Source: Patescibacteria group bacterium (GTDB lineage Bacteria; Patescibacteriota; Minisyncoccia; Phycocordibacterales; SIBU01). Taken from it: a stretch of DNA of 64,000 nucleotides. Shown one piece after another: positions 46,809 through 55,328 of this stretch. The DNA lies in contig JAZJZC010000003.1 in NCBI GenBank assembly GCA_040390045.1, forward strand, positions 115-64,114, written 5' to 3'. Under the pieces are notes generated by a model that worked only from the letters and a program-made list of their open reading frames with translations, was not told the origin of the DNA and did no database searches. The position numbers were made by a program, and so were the translations under genes. Position 1 is the stretch's first letter, and the number at the start of each line of letters is the position of its first letter.

Positions 46809-49334
46809 ATGTCTGAACGAATACTTTTGGGACAAGGTGATCTCGACAAAAAGGCGCACGAAGAAGTACCAGTTGGCCTTTTAGAGAATGCTTTACTTTT
46901 AAAAAATAGAGAAAAAAATTCTGCGCAGGCCGTTCGAGCATGGATTGCTGGTGATCAGAATAGGCTCGCGGCGGTTGAAGTCGCGTTGGCTGAGAAGGTT
47001 CAAGATGAACATGAAATAAGTTTCGCAACGCTTGAACTTTTGGGGGAAATTGAGCAAGAACGGGGACTTGTTTTTGTAAATGAAAAACTAGCTTGGAATT
47101 TAGAAATGAACCCCGATCTTTTTTCTGGTGATGCAGTGCGGTACATTCAAGAAAACATTCGAGGCACTAATCCTGAGGCCAATCTCGCATTTCACAAGTT
47201 TCTAGATTTTGTCCACCAACAGGCCGTCACCGTTCAGGACCCACCCCTTAGGCAAAAACTTAACAGCGCGAAGCAGCTTCACTCTAGAAGAGGGTTTTTT
47301 CTAGATTTTTGTTATTTGGCTGAGCGGGAACTTCCAAATTGTCGCAATTATCTCATTCAAAAACACGTTCAGGATATTTTAGAGACGTGGCGACAAGCAG
47401 GTTCAAAAAAGAAAGGTGCACTTCCAGGGATAGCTGGCGGTGCAAGTGATCAAACGATATATACGTTTTCTCATGTTGGGGAGTCATATAGAAACGCTTT
47501 GAAATTAGGCATCAATAGAGGTTACCCGCTAGCTCATCCCGTCCTTCCCATTTCTCCCGGATACTATGCTCAATATAGCAACGGCATAGTTGAAGATGTG
47601 TATCGCGAGCAAGGTGAGGTTTCAATAGAAGAAAAAGAGCGCCAGTATATTTCACAAAATGATCCGAGCGATGAATATATTTATGATGAAATAAATTCAT
47701 TCAATAGATCCAACCCAGGCCCCAACAGGAGAGGTCCGTCCAATGGTCTGCCATTATTCCAAAACATCTGGGATTTCGATAAACACTTGAAGGCAAGTGG
47801 GAGGACTTTTTATTATGACATCTCTAGAATTACCAACACGGATTTACATCCAGTTGTAGTCGGAGACTTTTATACAAGAAACCAACAGTACCGGCACACC
47901 CTAGGAGAAAAAGAAAACACTTCCCAGCCAATTTCTTACGATGATTTTATGCGTCAACTATATCCAGCAGGGGAATTGACTGAAGAAAAATTGTATCACT
48001 ACAAAAACCTGAGCAAGCTCCATATGCGAAAAAAAATCGAAGATGATTTCGGTTTTGATTTGTCGCAATCAGATTTGTGGACTCAGCGGATGTTTTTGGA
48101 GTTTTTAGAAACCCGAGATATTGAGAATGTGCAAAAACTTCAAAAATTTGTAAAAGAGTTCGGCTCAGCTGGTCTCAAAACCTTCCTTTCTCTTGAATAC
48201 GGTCCGGAATTTGGTGACGACATCATTGCACTCGGAGAAAAATTACCGAAAGCCGAAGCAGAAAAGATTTTTGCTAAGTATGGAGAATTGGTCGATGCAA
48301 CCACAGAAGCAGAAACTGCTTTACGTGAAAATTTTCCCAAGTCTCAAGTCACCCCAGAACTTGTTTCAGCCGCTCGAGAAAGTCTCTTAAAAAAGGGAAG
48401 AGACATGCTGGTTTCGTTCTCGGCGCAGGTCAAAGCCTCCGGTCAAGCTGGGCAAGCATTGTCTATCCCTAATCTAGAAAGAGAGCTTGAGCTATTGCGT
48501 GGAAACGCCGCGCTTTTCGCTGTGGGGTTTAAAGAGCTGTCGATGCGGGGAGAAAAATTAAATCTGGCTGAAATTAAAGGCGATGTCACCTTTGAGCAAG
48601 GGGTTTCTCCAGAAACATTTTCTCCTGCTGATCGAGAGCGGATGAAAGAATTGTATCGTATAAATTATGCCAAAACTCCCATATTCCAGAAAAAACTCAT
48701 TGAAGGGTTTGACCGTGTATTGAATGAGCCCGACAACCAATTTTATGTCTTACGATATGGGGGAGTTATCGAAGGTTTTTATCGTCTTGAAATAACGCCG
48801 CAAGACACGCTTTATTTTGGAGCCTTCAACTTAAATCCCAAGTACGCTGGTTCCGGTATCGGTGAAGCCTTAATGCGACAGTCTCTCGACGTACGGGCGA
48901 AAGAGGCAATCGTCAAGGCTAGTTGCACCGCTACTTTGCCAATCGCATCAAACTATATCGAGCGAGGTTTTGTCGGTACTAAAACAGAACAGGTGGATGA
49001 AGTGTATTCCATGAATATTATTCGCCACGATACCAAGGAAAATTTGTTTCGTTCAAAAGACCTCACAGAGCAGCAGATTATGGAAACCTGCGAAACCACT
49101 TCCGACTTTGTTTGCCGCAAAGTTCCATTGGGGCAACTTTCTTCCAAGGACTTTTCTCTCCTCGAAGAACAAGCCACAGACGGCGCTTCACAATTTGTTC
49201 TTACTCGTTACATTCGAGATAAGCAGAGTAAACAAAATGCGAGTGCATACCTTGTGTTTGAAAAAACCACTCAGGATACTTTAGATAACTTTTCTACTCC
49301 CGAGAAGCCGCTACGGTTTTCTCATCAGGAATAA
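46809..49334 (+). CDS. Large protein with C-terminal GNAT acetyltransferase domain
   Basis: FGAFNLNPKYAGSGIGEALM...YIERGF (GNAT motifs A/B); TATAAT 6 nt upstream of ATG 46809. Confidence 0.75.
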   Translation: MSERILLGQGDLDKKAHEEVPVGLLENALLLKNREKNSAQAVRAWIAGDQNRLAAVEVALAEKVQDEHEISFATLELLGEIEQERGLVFVNEKLAWNLEMNPDLFSGDAVRYIQENIRGTNPEANLAFHKFLDFVHQQAVTVQDPPLRQKLNSAKQLHSRRGFFLDFCYLAERELPNCRNYLIQKHVQDILETWRQAGSKKKGALPGIAGGASDQTIYTFSHVGESYRNALKLGINRGYPLAHPVLPISPGYYAQYSNGIVEDVYREQGEVSIEEKERQYISQNDPSDEYIYDEINSFNRSNPGPNRRGPSNGLPLFQNIWDFDKHLKASGRTFYYDISRITNTDLHPVVVGDFYTRNQQYRHTLGEKENTSQPISYDDFMRQLYPAGELTEEKLYHYKNLSKLHMRKKIEDDFGFDLSQSDLWTQRMFLEFLETRDIENVQKLQKFVKEFGSAGLKTFLSLEYGPEFGDDIIALGEKLPKAEAEKIFAKYGELVDATTEAETALRENFPKSQVTPELVSAARESLLKKGRDMLVSFSAQVKASGQAGQALSIPNLERELELLRGNAALFAVGFKELSMRGEKLNLAEIKGDVTFEQGVSPETFSPADRERMKELYRINYAKTPIFQKKLIEGFDRVLNEPDNQFYVLRYGGVIEGFYRLEITPQDTLYFGAFNLNPKYAGSGIGEALMRQSLDVRAKEAIVKASCTATLPIASNYIERGFVGTKTEQVDEVYSMNIIRHDTKENLFRSKDLTEQQIMETCETTSDFVCRKVPLGQLSSKDFSLLEEQATDGASQFVLTRYIRDKQSKQNASAYLVFEKTTQDTLDNFSTPEKPLRFSHQE

Positions 49335-50088
49335 TTTTCCACTGGTACTCGAAAAGATTTCGGTGGAGTGCTGCAATGCGAGAGTCTTCAATGATGACTC
49401 CGATTTTTTGGTTTTCGGTCAGAGTGATGTACGAGACTTTGTTGTCATAAATTTGCATGATGGTATGCGATGGTGCGGTAGGGAAGGCAATAAATTTATT
49501 TTCAGTAATGTCCGGATTGTAGTTTTGTAACAGTTTCCGTGCTTCCGGTGAATCAAAGATCAACCCTTTTTTCTTGGTATTAAATTTTCTTCGCTTGGCG
49601 ACGTAGTCTTTGTTTATTTCCGAAATATATTTTTCAATAGAAATAATATCCGAGTAGGCATAAATTTCTGATTGAGCGGTGAGCGAATCTTCCAACACTT
49701 TTTTCATACCATCCATCCCCTCATAAAATTGCACGTTAGGTTTTCCCGATAGCAGATTAAAATCAGAAACCATTTTTCCCATGATTCCGCCAAGACTCGC
49801 CTCTGCGGTTTTTATAGCTTCTTCGCGTTTTTGCAGAAGATCGCGGAGCTTTCCTGGGTGGGTAGGGAAGAAGAGTGTGATCTTTCCAACGTTATCCCTT
49901 TTTTCTACCAAACCAAAGACTATCAACTGTTCTAGTATTTTGTACGCAAGGCTTCTTTTTACCCCCGATTTTTGCGCTACCACTCGGGCTGGCATAAGGC
50001 CGTTTTTTAGTAAGGATTCATACACCAAGGACTGCTCTTTATTGAGCCCGAGTTCTCCTAAAAATTTTTCGTATTGAATGTTTTCCAT
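49294..50088 (-). CDS. TrmB family transcriptional regulator
   Basis: LGLNKEQSLVYESLL...SGVKRSLAYKILEQL HTH; KPNVQFYEGMDG; IYDNKV...GVIIED; leaderless TGC-TATACT. Confidence 0.9.
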   Translation of the reverse strand: MENIQYEKFLGELGLNKEQSLVYESLLKNGLMPARVVAQKSGVKRSLAYKILEQLIVFGLVEKRDNVGKITLFFPTHPGKLRDLLQKREEAIKTAEASLGGIMGKMVSDFNLLSGKPNVQFYEGMDGMKKVLEDSLTAQSEIYAYSDIISIEKYISEINKDYVAKRRKFNTKKKGLIFDSPEARKLLQNYNPDITENKFIAFPTAPSHTIMQIYDNKVSYITLTENQKIGVIIEDSRIAALHRNLFEYQWKIIPDEKTVAASRE

Positions 50089-50114
50089 GCCACAAGTATA
50101 GCATTTATATGTTT

Positions 50115-50134
50115 TTGTCACAAGTATATGACAA
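50115..50134. promoter_or_regulatory. Palindromic operator candidate TTGTCA-N8-TGACAA
   Basis: Perfect inverted repeat overlapping the trmB -35 region; DnaA box TGTGGATAA at 50143-50151. Confidence 0.55.
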
Positions 50135-50202
50135 TATTGATATGTGGATAAGCCATATTTAACAAGCTGTTACAGCTAAATAGCCGTATTTGCCATAGTT
50201 AA

Positions 50203-50231
50203 TTGACAGAACAAATTAAAACTGTTACTAT
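50203..50231 (+). promoter_or_regulatory. Sigma70 promoter of the island operon
   Basis: TTGACA, 17-nt spacer containing the extended TG, TACTAT. Confidence 0.8.
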
Positions 50232-50244
50232 TTTGCGCAGAGAG

Positions 50245-50802
50245 TTTAGGTCATTGAGGAGATAGCTAAAAGATTGTTCCCCGCCTCTAGTTCGAAAGAA
50301 AGGTACTACGGCCTTCCGCCACAGCGGACTAAGCGTAGAAAGAAGAGAGGAAGGGGAGAGAAACAGCCTTTTGAATATCTTGTTTCGAATGATGAGTGTT
50401 CTACATATAGTCAGGCTTCGAAACCCTACTAGATGAAGGAGCTATGTCTTTAAGACAAACTTATCGCACGGAGTTCGGCGAGTAATCGCCAGGACATCGA
50501 TGGCGCAAAAAGTCTAACCCGCTTTATGCGTCAAAATGTCCTTACGCCAAGAAGCCGCACAAAAAGAGAGTTGTGCGGAAGTGAAAGGAAAGAGTAAGGA
50601 AGATGTTTGAAAAATAAATAGCGAATCAGGAAAACGCGAAACAAGAAATGTGTTTTGCAATGTTGTTCCTCTTCGCCCCACTCATTAAAAGTTTTTACTT
50701 GAGGTTGGTGGGGTAAGAGGGAATGCAAATGCAATTCCTTTTGTGGCGTTCACGTTCGACAAGCAAGCGGGGACAGTCTAGACCCCCGCTAGCTTGTCGA
50801 AA
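50245..50802 (+). ncRNA. Candidate large structured RNA / 5' leader
   Basis: Nested stems GTCATT/AATGAT, GAGATA/TATCTT, CCCC/GGGG, CCTCT/AGAGG; GAAA and GTAA tetraloops; CCGCACAA/TTGTGCGG; TTCGACAAGC/GCTTGTCGAA; no convincing + strand ORF. Confidence 0.55.
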
Positions 50803-50897
50803 AATTCTTAGAGACATATCTGAAATGCCGAAAAAAGGCAGGATGTGGAAAGTGGAGATAGTATCAACATTTTCATTTTGAGATGAGTGAATTCACC

Positions 50898-51239
50898 ATG
50901 ATTAAAATTAACTTCTCCGGCCACCCGGTGGCCGGATTCGACGTTGCTCCTTTGGTGGGAGCCAACCTGCCTTTCGAGGCAGCTACCTTGGCCGAGACGG
51001 TTCGGGAACTCATTTTGGCCCTCCCTGGCCGGGATGAGCTCCTCAAAGGGGCCAAGGCGGAGATAATTCTCCCCGGCCTTGGCAGTGCCGTGGCCGTTTT
51101 GTTGGCCGAATGGCATGGCCAGTTCGGCAACTGGCCCTCGATCCGGTGGGCCGTCCGCGGGGAGAAGGGGTTCACTTGGCCCGACGAGGCCCGGGTGGAC
51201 TTGAACTCCGTGCGGGAGTCCGCACGGACCGCTCGCTAG
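50898..51239 (+). CDS. csx15: Csx15-like (CARF-related) protein
   Basis: INFSGHP...LPGL...VLLAEWHGQFGNWP...DLNSVRESAR matches the Csx15 pattern as I recall it; alternative ATG at 50883. Confidence 0.7.
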   Translation: MIKINFSGHPVAGFDVAPLVGANLPFEAATLAETVRELILALPGRDELLKGAKAEIILPGLGSAVAVLLAEWHGQFGNWPSIRWAVRGEKGFTWPDEARVDLNSVRESARTAR

Positions 51240-51402
51240 TTGCGGACAAAAATCCCAGAGCAATCTGGTTGCGACAAAATCCGGTCGTGTAAATCGAGGT
51301 AAAAAGTTTGTCCCCGTTTTCTTGGAAAAATGGAGAGTCGTGAAGGAGCAGAACTTCCGTCAGGATGACTGTCGACAATAGTCATGAGGGTTAAATTTAT
51401 CT

Positions 51403-51463
51403 GGAGAAGTTTTGGTTAAAACTTCTCCTACTTATCAAGTTCATAAAATTATTTTGTGAACTT
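51403..51463 (+). repeat. Two-hairpin spacer module, copy 1
   Basis: GGAGAAGTTTT-GGTT-AAAACTTCTCC, linker TACTTATC, AAGTTCATAAAA-TTA-TTTTGTGAACTT. Confidence 0.65.
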
Positions 51464-51522
51464 TTAGGTATCAGAGATGTTCTTTCCAGAAATGGTGGCG
51501 CAAATATTTCGCGCTTCTGTTT

Positions 51523-51969
51523 ATGGAAAGAACACTTGTATTGATAAAACCTTTGGGGCTCCAGAATTCACTTCTGGAAATCCTCCGGGCTTTGAAGTCG
51601 ATTGGCACTATTGTTGAAAGGCAATTGGTTCCGGTTTCAAGTGAGCGGATAGCCGCCCATTACGCCGAACACTCCACAAAGGCGTGGTTCGGCAAGATCG
51701 TGGGTTACTACCACGGTCAGACAGTGATGGCGCTGGTCCTCGAGGGGCCCGACGTCACCGCACGCTTGCGTGGAATTGTCGGACCATCCGACCCGCGGAA
51801 GGCAGCACCCGGACAAATTCGGGCGCTCGTCCTGGCCAAGTTCCAGGATAAAAAAGACGGGTGGCGAGCGATAGAGCTCGTCACTTCTGGCGTGGACAAT
51901 TTTATCCACGCCTCGGACTCTCCGGAGGCCGCCGAGCGAGAAATCGCTCTGTGGTTTCCAAAAAAATAA
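51523..51969 (+). CDS. ndk: Nucleoside diphosphate kinase
   Basis: MERTLVLIKP, HYAEH, R-x-x-VGPSDP...APGQIR, NFIHASDSPEAAEREIALWF. Confidence 0.95.
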   Translation: MERTLVLIKPLGLQNSLLEILRALKSIGTIVERQLVPVSSERIAAHYAEHSTKAWFGKIVGYYHGQTVMALVLEGPDVTARLRGIVGPSDPRKAAPGQIRALVLAKFQDKKDGWRAIELVTSGVDNFIHASDSPEAAEREIALWFPKK

Positions 51970-51982
51970 TTTGGGTTTTCAA

Positions 51983-52045
51983 AGGAGAAGCAAAGGGTTT
52001 TGCTTCTCCTCTTTATTTGGCTCGCGGTAACCGTATGTACGGAAG
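51983..52045 (+). repeat. Two-hairpin spacer module, copy 2
   Basis: AGGAGAAGCAAA-GGGT-TTTGCTTCTCCT, linker CTTTATTT, GGCTCGCGG-TAA-CCGTATGTACGGAAG. Confidence 0.6.
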
Positions 52046-52099
52046 TATCGTTGGTCAATCAAGAAACCATTCAGCGCAGTGTTGCGCTAGAAAGGAAGT

Positions 52100-52567
52100 A
52101 TGGATATAAAAAAACTTTTCGCCTTGGCAGATAGGGCGAAAACAATTGAGGCAGGGCAAAATTATGCCCTGCCCAATGCGGTGTTTTGCGTTCTCCTCGA
52201 TGTCCTATTCAAGGGCAAAGAGGGAGCGCAGAGTCTCAGGGTGGAACTTGAGACTGAAGATTCAGACGGGTTGTATGTCAACGAGGCGTATTACGACCTG
52301 TTCGTTCTCCGTCATTCCGACGGAGAAGGCTTGTGCATCCCCGCGCCGCTTCTCCATGTGGAGACGGCGATGACCCTAACGAAGAGGGCGCTCGTCACTG
52401 TCAGAGGACAGCACGACCGGCAACATGAGCCGGCCGAATCGGAAGAGTTCTTTAGGCTGTGGGAACAATTCCACGAAGAAGTCTCGCCGGCGAGACTTCT
52501 CGACTCTGTCCGTGAACATCTCAGCAAGTCTGCCCGCTTGGCAGCGGGTTTCCTTGAGACTGAATAA
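52100..52567 (+). CDS. Hypothetical protein
   Basis: 155-aa ORF with SD-like AGAAAGGAAG. Confidence 0.7.
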   Translation: MDIKKLFALADRAKTIEAGQNYALPNAVFCVLLDVLFKGKEGAQSLRVELETEDSDGLYVNEAYYDLFVLRHSDGEGLCIPAPLLHVETAMTLTKRALVTVRGQHDRQHEPAESEEFFRLWEQFHEEVSPARLLDSVREHLSKSARLAAGFLETE

Positions 52568-52669
52568 AATAAGTTGAAGGTTACAAGGGAAGAGTGACTT
52601 CCTAATCCTCCGGGATAAATTGTCGCAAGGGTTTATCGAGCACCAATATCTTTTGGTGCTCGGGTTTTT

Positions 52670-52737
52670 GGAGAAACTTTTGGTTAAAAGTTTCTCCTCT
52701 CGATCGGGCTTGCAATTAATTTTGTAAATCCGTAGAG
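52670..52737 (+). repeat. Two-hairpin spacer module, copy 3
   Basis: GGAGAAACTTTT-GGTT-AAAAGTTTCTCC, then ATCGGGCTTGCAA...TTGTAAATCCGTAGAG. Confidence 0.7.
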
Positions 52738-52806
52738 AGCAATCTCGAACCGCGCTCCGCAGGCGTAACCATCTGTGGAAAATGCCTTTTGAAAGGAGGG
52801 CGAAAA

Positions 52807-53607
52807 ATGAATCAGTTCTATAAAGTGCAAAAGGGGATTGGGTCGCCGGGGAAACTCTGGACTGGGGATAAAAATATCCCCGCGGAGCCAACGGTGGCCG
52901 AGGCAAAACTGTTCGAGATGACGTGCGCATGCGGTGCAACAACTCGAAAGCTCTACCTCGACAACCGCCTCACGGGAGACACACTGAAAGCGGTCGACAT
53001 TTCGAAGATTCCCCTTCTCCACATCGCGACGGGTGGTGTTGGTTCCATCTCCTCCGCTACTTCGGTGGAGGGGGAGAAGGGAATCCACTCCAGCAAAGAA
53101 AACCAGTTGCAGAGCACCTGCAACTGGTCTGGCCGCATCGGGGGATACGCGGTGGTGAACCCGGTCGCTGTCATCAGCGGCCGAAAGATATATCATCCGC
53201 CTCCAGCCACTCAGGGTTTTCATTGGGAGAACGTCTATAGCGGGTCCACTCTCACCGAGTGGATTTTGGTGGCGGACGATGTCACTCGGCACTCACTGCC
53301 GGTGATTAGCCTCCAGCGGACCTGCCCGATTTGCCGCAAAAAGCAGGAGGTTGCGGAGCTTCCCGAAGATCTCACGGTCACTCGCGATGAGCTGACAGTC
53401 GCAGGACTGTCGGAGGAGCAACTGGAGGAAGCGCTCTCTTCTATGGTTAACATGGAGGGAGGTGGGGAAGTTAGAACTTCTCCAAATCTTTCTGCAAGGT
53501 TACTCCTTGCCTACACCCATTCCGAGAGTTGTTGGTGCTCGGAGGCAATTGTGGCGGCCATCAAGGCAGCCAAAAAGCGTTCGGTGCAATCGCCGGCCGT
53601 CGTCTGA
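52807..53607 (+). CDS. Hypothetical protein with Cys motifs (CACG, CPIC, CWC)
   Basis: SD GAAAGGAGG upstream of ATG 52807; possible zinc ribbon. Confidence 0.7.
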   Translation: MNQFYKVQKGIGSPGKLWTGDKNIPAEPTVAEAKLFEMTCACGATTRKLYLDNRLTGDTLKAVDISKIPLLHIATGGVGSISSATSVEGEKGIHSSKENQLQSTCNWSGRIGGYAVVNPVAVISGRKIYHPPPATQGFHWENVYSGSTLTEWILVADDVTRHSLPVISLQRTCPICRKKQEVAELPEDLTVTRDELTVAGLSEEQLEEALSSMVNMEGGGEVRTSPNLSARLLLAYTHSESCWCSEAIVAAIKAAKKRSVQSPAVV

Positions 53608-53702
53608 AAATTTTGCGCGTTTTAATTACAAAACGCGTTGCACCCGCAAAGTGGGAAAGGGTTAACACGTGAACGTTGCGGCGTTCATTAAAAAAACAAT
53701 TT

Positions 53703-53772
53703 TCCAGCACTGCCTTGGTCGGTGGTGTTGGACTTTATCGGGCTCGCGAATTTATTTCGTGCGTCCGTAGAG
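53703..53772 (+). repeat. Two-hairpin spacer module, copy 4
   Basis: TCCAGCACTGCC-TTGGTC-GGTGGTGTTGGA (three G-U), then ATCGGGCTCGCGAA...TTCGTGCGTCCGTAGAG. Confidence 0.65.
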
Positions 53773-53892
53773 GTGGCCATTTTTTAAAAAATATCTAATC
53801 AGGTTCAGAATATAAAATTTAAATTTTGAATTTTGTATTCTGAACCTGATGACAGAAAAAAATTAAAAAATGTGAATACACCAAATCAAACA

Positions 53893-54930
53893 ATGGTTGA
53901 GTTGGCGGCAAAGTACAAAAAAGCCGCCGATGAAAAAATGGAAGAAATCGTACACCTCTCAAAAGTTTCGCAGGACTCTGCGTACAGAGAGGGATTCAGG
54001 CACGAGGCTCTTTGTCGAGCTCAAACGGCCGCCGAGACTGACAAGGTCTTTTTTAGTGGCCTCGGGGTCAAGGGTGTTCTCATCCTTGGCATTTCAACTC
54101 TCGAGCCTAAAAAAGCTCAGAGCGTTATCGCCTCGTCAGGCGGTTGGAAGTCACACGCGAATTCGACCCTGCTCTGCCTAGATGGAGAGAAAGGGGAAAT
54201 TCGTAAGAACAAAGCGGGGACATGCTGGATCATCGATCTTGCATCTCCGCGGCGGACAGCCATGTTTGCGTGGGAATCCGGACCAAAGTCAGTTCGGCTC
54301 GCTGGACCTCGACTTAATACCACCAACGGCGCAGCTCACTGGTGTGGACTTGTGTCGGAGATGATGCCGTTCAATACGGAAATGTCCCCGCACACAGCTT
54401 CGTTTCTTAAGCGAGCCGTAGCTTGCATGACCGAACATGGGATGACCCCCAAGCAATGGGAGCGTGCCGAAAATGCTCGGCGTACTGCCGAGAGCGAACG
54501 ACGATCCGAGATCATCTGTGCCGCCACGAAGGCTGGGCAAATTGACGGTGTCGTTGTCTGTGTTGAGTGTGGTTGCAACCCAACTCGGGGTGAGAATTAT
54601 ATTCTTGCTGCCGAGGAGCTCGCCGGTACTACTGGCCCTGTGCCAGAAAATCTCGCGGAGTTAGTCCACGCGAAAATCGCGGCTACCAAACTGGCGGCCG
54701 AAGAAGCTCGGATTATGGCCGAGCTGAAATCTGAACAGCTTCGAATTACTGAGGCAAAAATCGAGGCGGAAGTCACAGCAAAACAACAGGTAGAAACTGA
54801 AAAAGTTTGCCGTTTGATCGGTGTCTCTTTTGCCGAATGGCAAGGACTGACGCCAAAACAACAAAGACAAGCGCTTCATCGCGCTCGTCTCGCGGGTAAA
54901 CTTCAAACGCAGAAATACAGAAATAAATGA
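53893..54930 (+). CDS. Hypothetical protein with CxxCxC motif and coiled-coil C-terminus
   Basis: Long ORF containing CVECGC; start uncertain (GTG 53872 possible). Confidence 0.7.
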   Translation: MVELAAKYKKAADEKMEEIVHLSKVSQDSAYREGFRHEALCRAQTAAETDKVFFSGLGVKGVLILGISTLEPKKAQSVIASSGGWKSHANSTLLCLDGEKGEIRKNKAGTCWIIDLASPRRTAMFAWESGPKSVRLAGPRLNTTNGAAHWCGLVSEMMPFNTEMSPHTASFLKRAVACMTEHGMTPKQWERAENARRTAESERRSEIICAATKAGQIDGVVVCVECGCNPTRGENYILAAEELAGTTGPVPENLAELVHAKIAATKLAAEEARIMAELKSEQLRITEAKIEAEVTAKQQVETEKVCRLIGVSFAEWQGLTPKQQRQALHRARLAGKLQTQKYRNK

Positions 54931-55238
54931 ATCTTCAAGATTTAGTCCTCCTCCGCGTTTGGGTGGAGGGAAATCACAGTGCTCTGGAATGGAAGGTCGG
55001 TGATCGGACATTCCAGATACTGGGAATCAAAGGCGCGGAAGGGGGCTACGAGAGGTTTTTTGATCGCGGGAAGCACCCGATGCGCCAGAGAATCTCAGAA
55101 CAAGAGGTGATGAAGGCGCTCGAAAACGCCATATCACCTCTCGAACTTTACCAGAACGAAAAAGGTTCTGGGGAGTTTTTTCCCAACGCTGAAACGGCAC
55201 TTGATGCCGCGAAGCGTTGGGTCGGTCAGCGGGTCTGA
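54927..55238 (+). CDS. Hypothetical protein
   Basis: 103-aa ORF whose ATG sits at the end of the preceding ORF (translational coupling likely). Confidence 0.65.
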   Translation: MNLQDLVLLRVWVEGNHSALEWKVGDRTFQILGIKGAEGGYERFFDRGKHPMRQRISEQEVMKALENAISPLELYQNEKGSGEFFPNAETALDAAKRWVGQRV

Positions 55239-55328
55239 CCAAATCACGGAGCGCGGACCTCCCTTAATTGTCCGACAAGTTTGCAAGTTCACGGAGAGTC
55301 TTGCAAAATTTCAGGGTTAAAAATTCTC

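Noticed and set aside
50284-50345. Pistol ribozyme resemblance (CTAAGCGT)
   Set aside because: The AAAUA linker and proper P1/P2 arrangement are missing.
50245-50428. Possible hammerhead ribozyme in the island leader (GTC ... ATGATGAG ... CGAAAC)
   Set aside because: The core reads AUGAUGA instead of CUGANGA, stem II pairs poorly, and stem I needs an extra unpaired A. Worth a cleavage test but not callable.
53846-53880. CTGATGA as a hammerhead core
   Set aside because: No stem II followed by GAAA, and the motif is mostly buried in a 23-bp hairpin.
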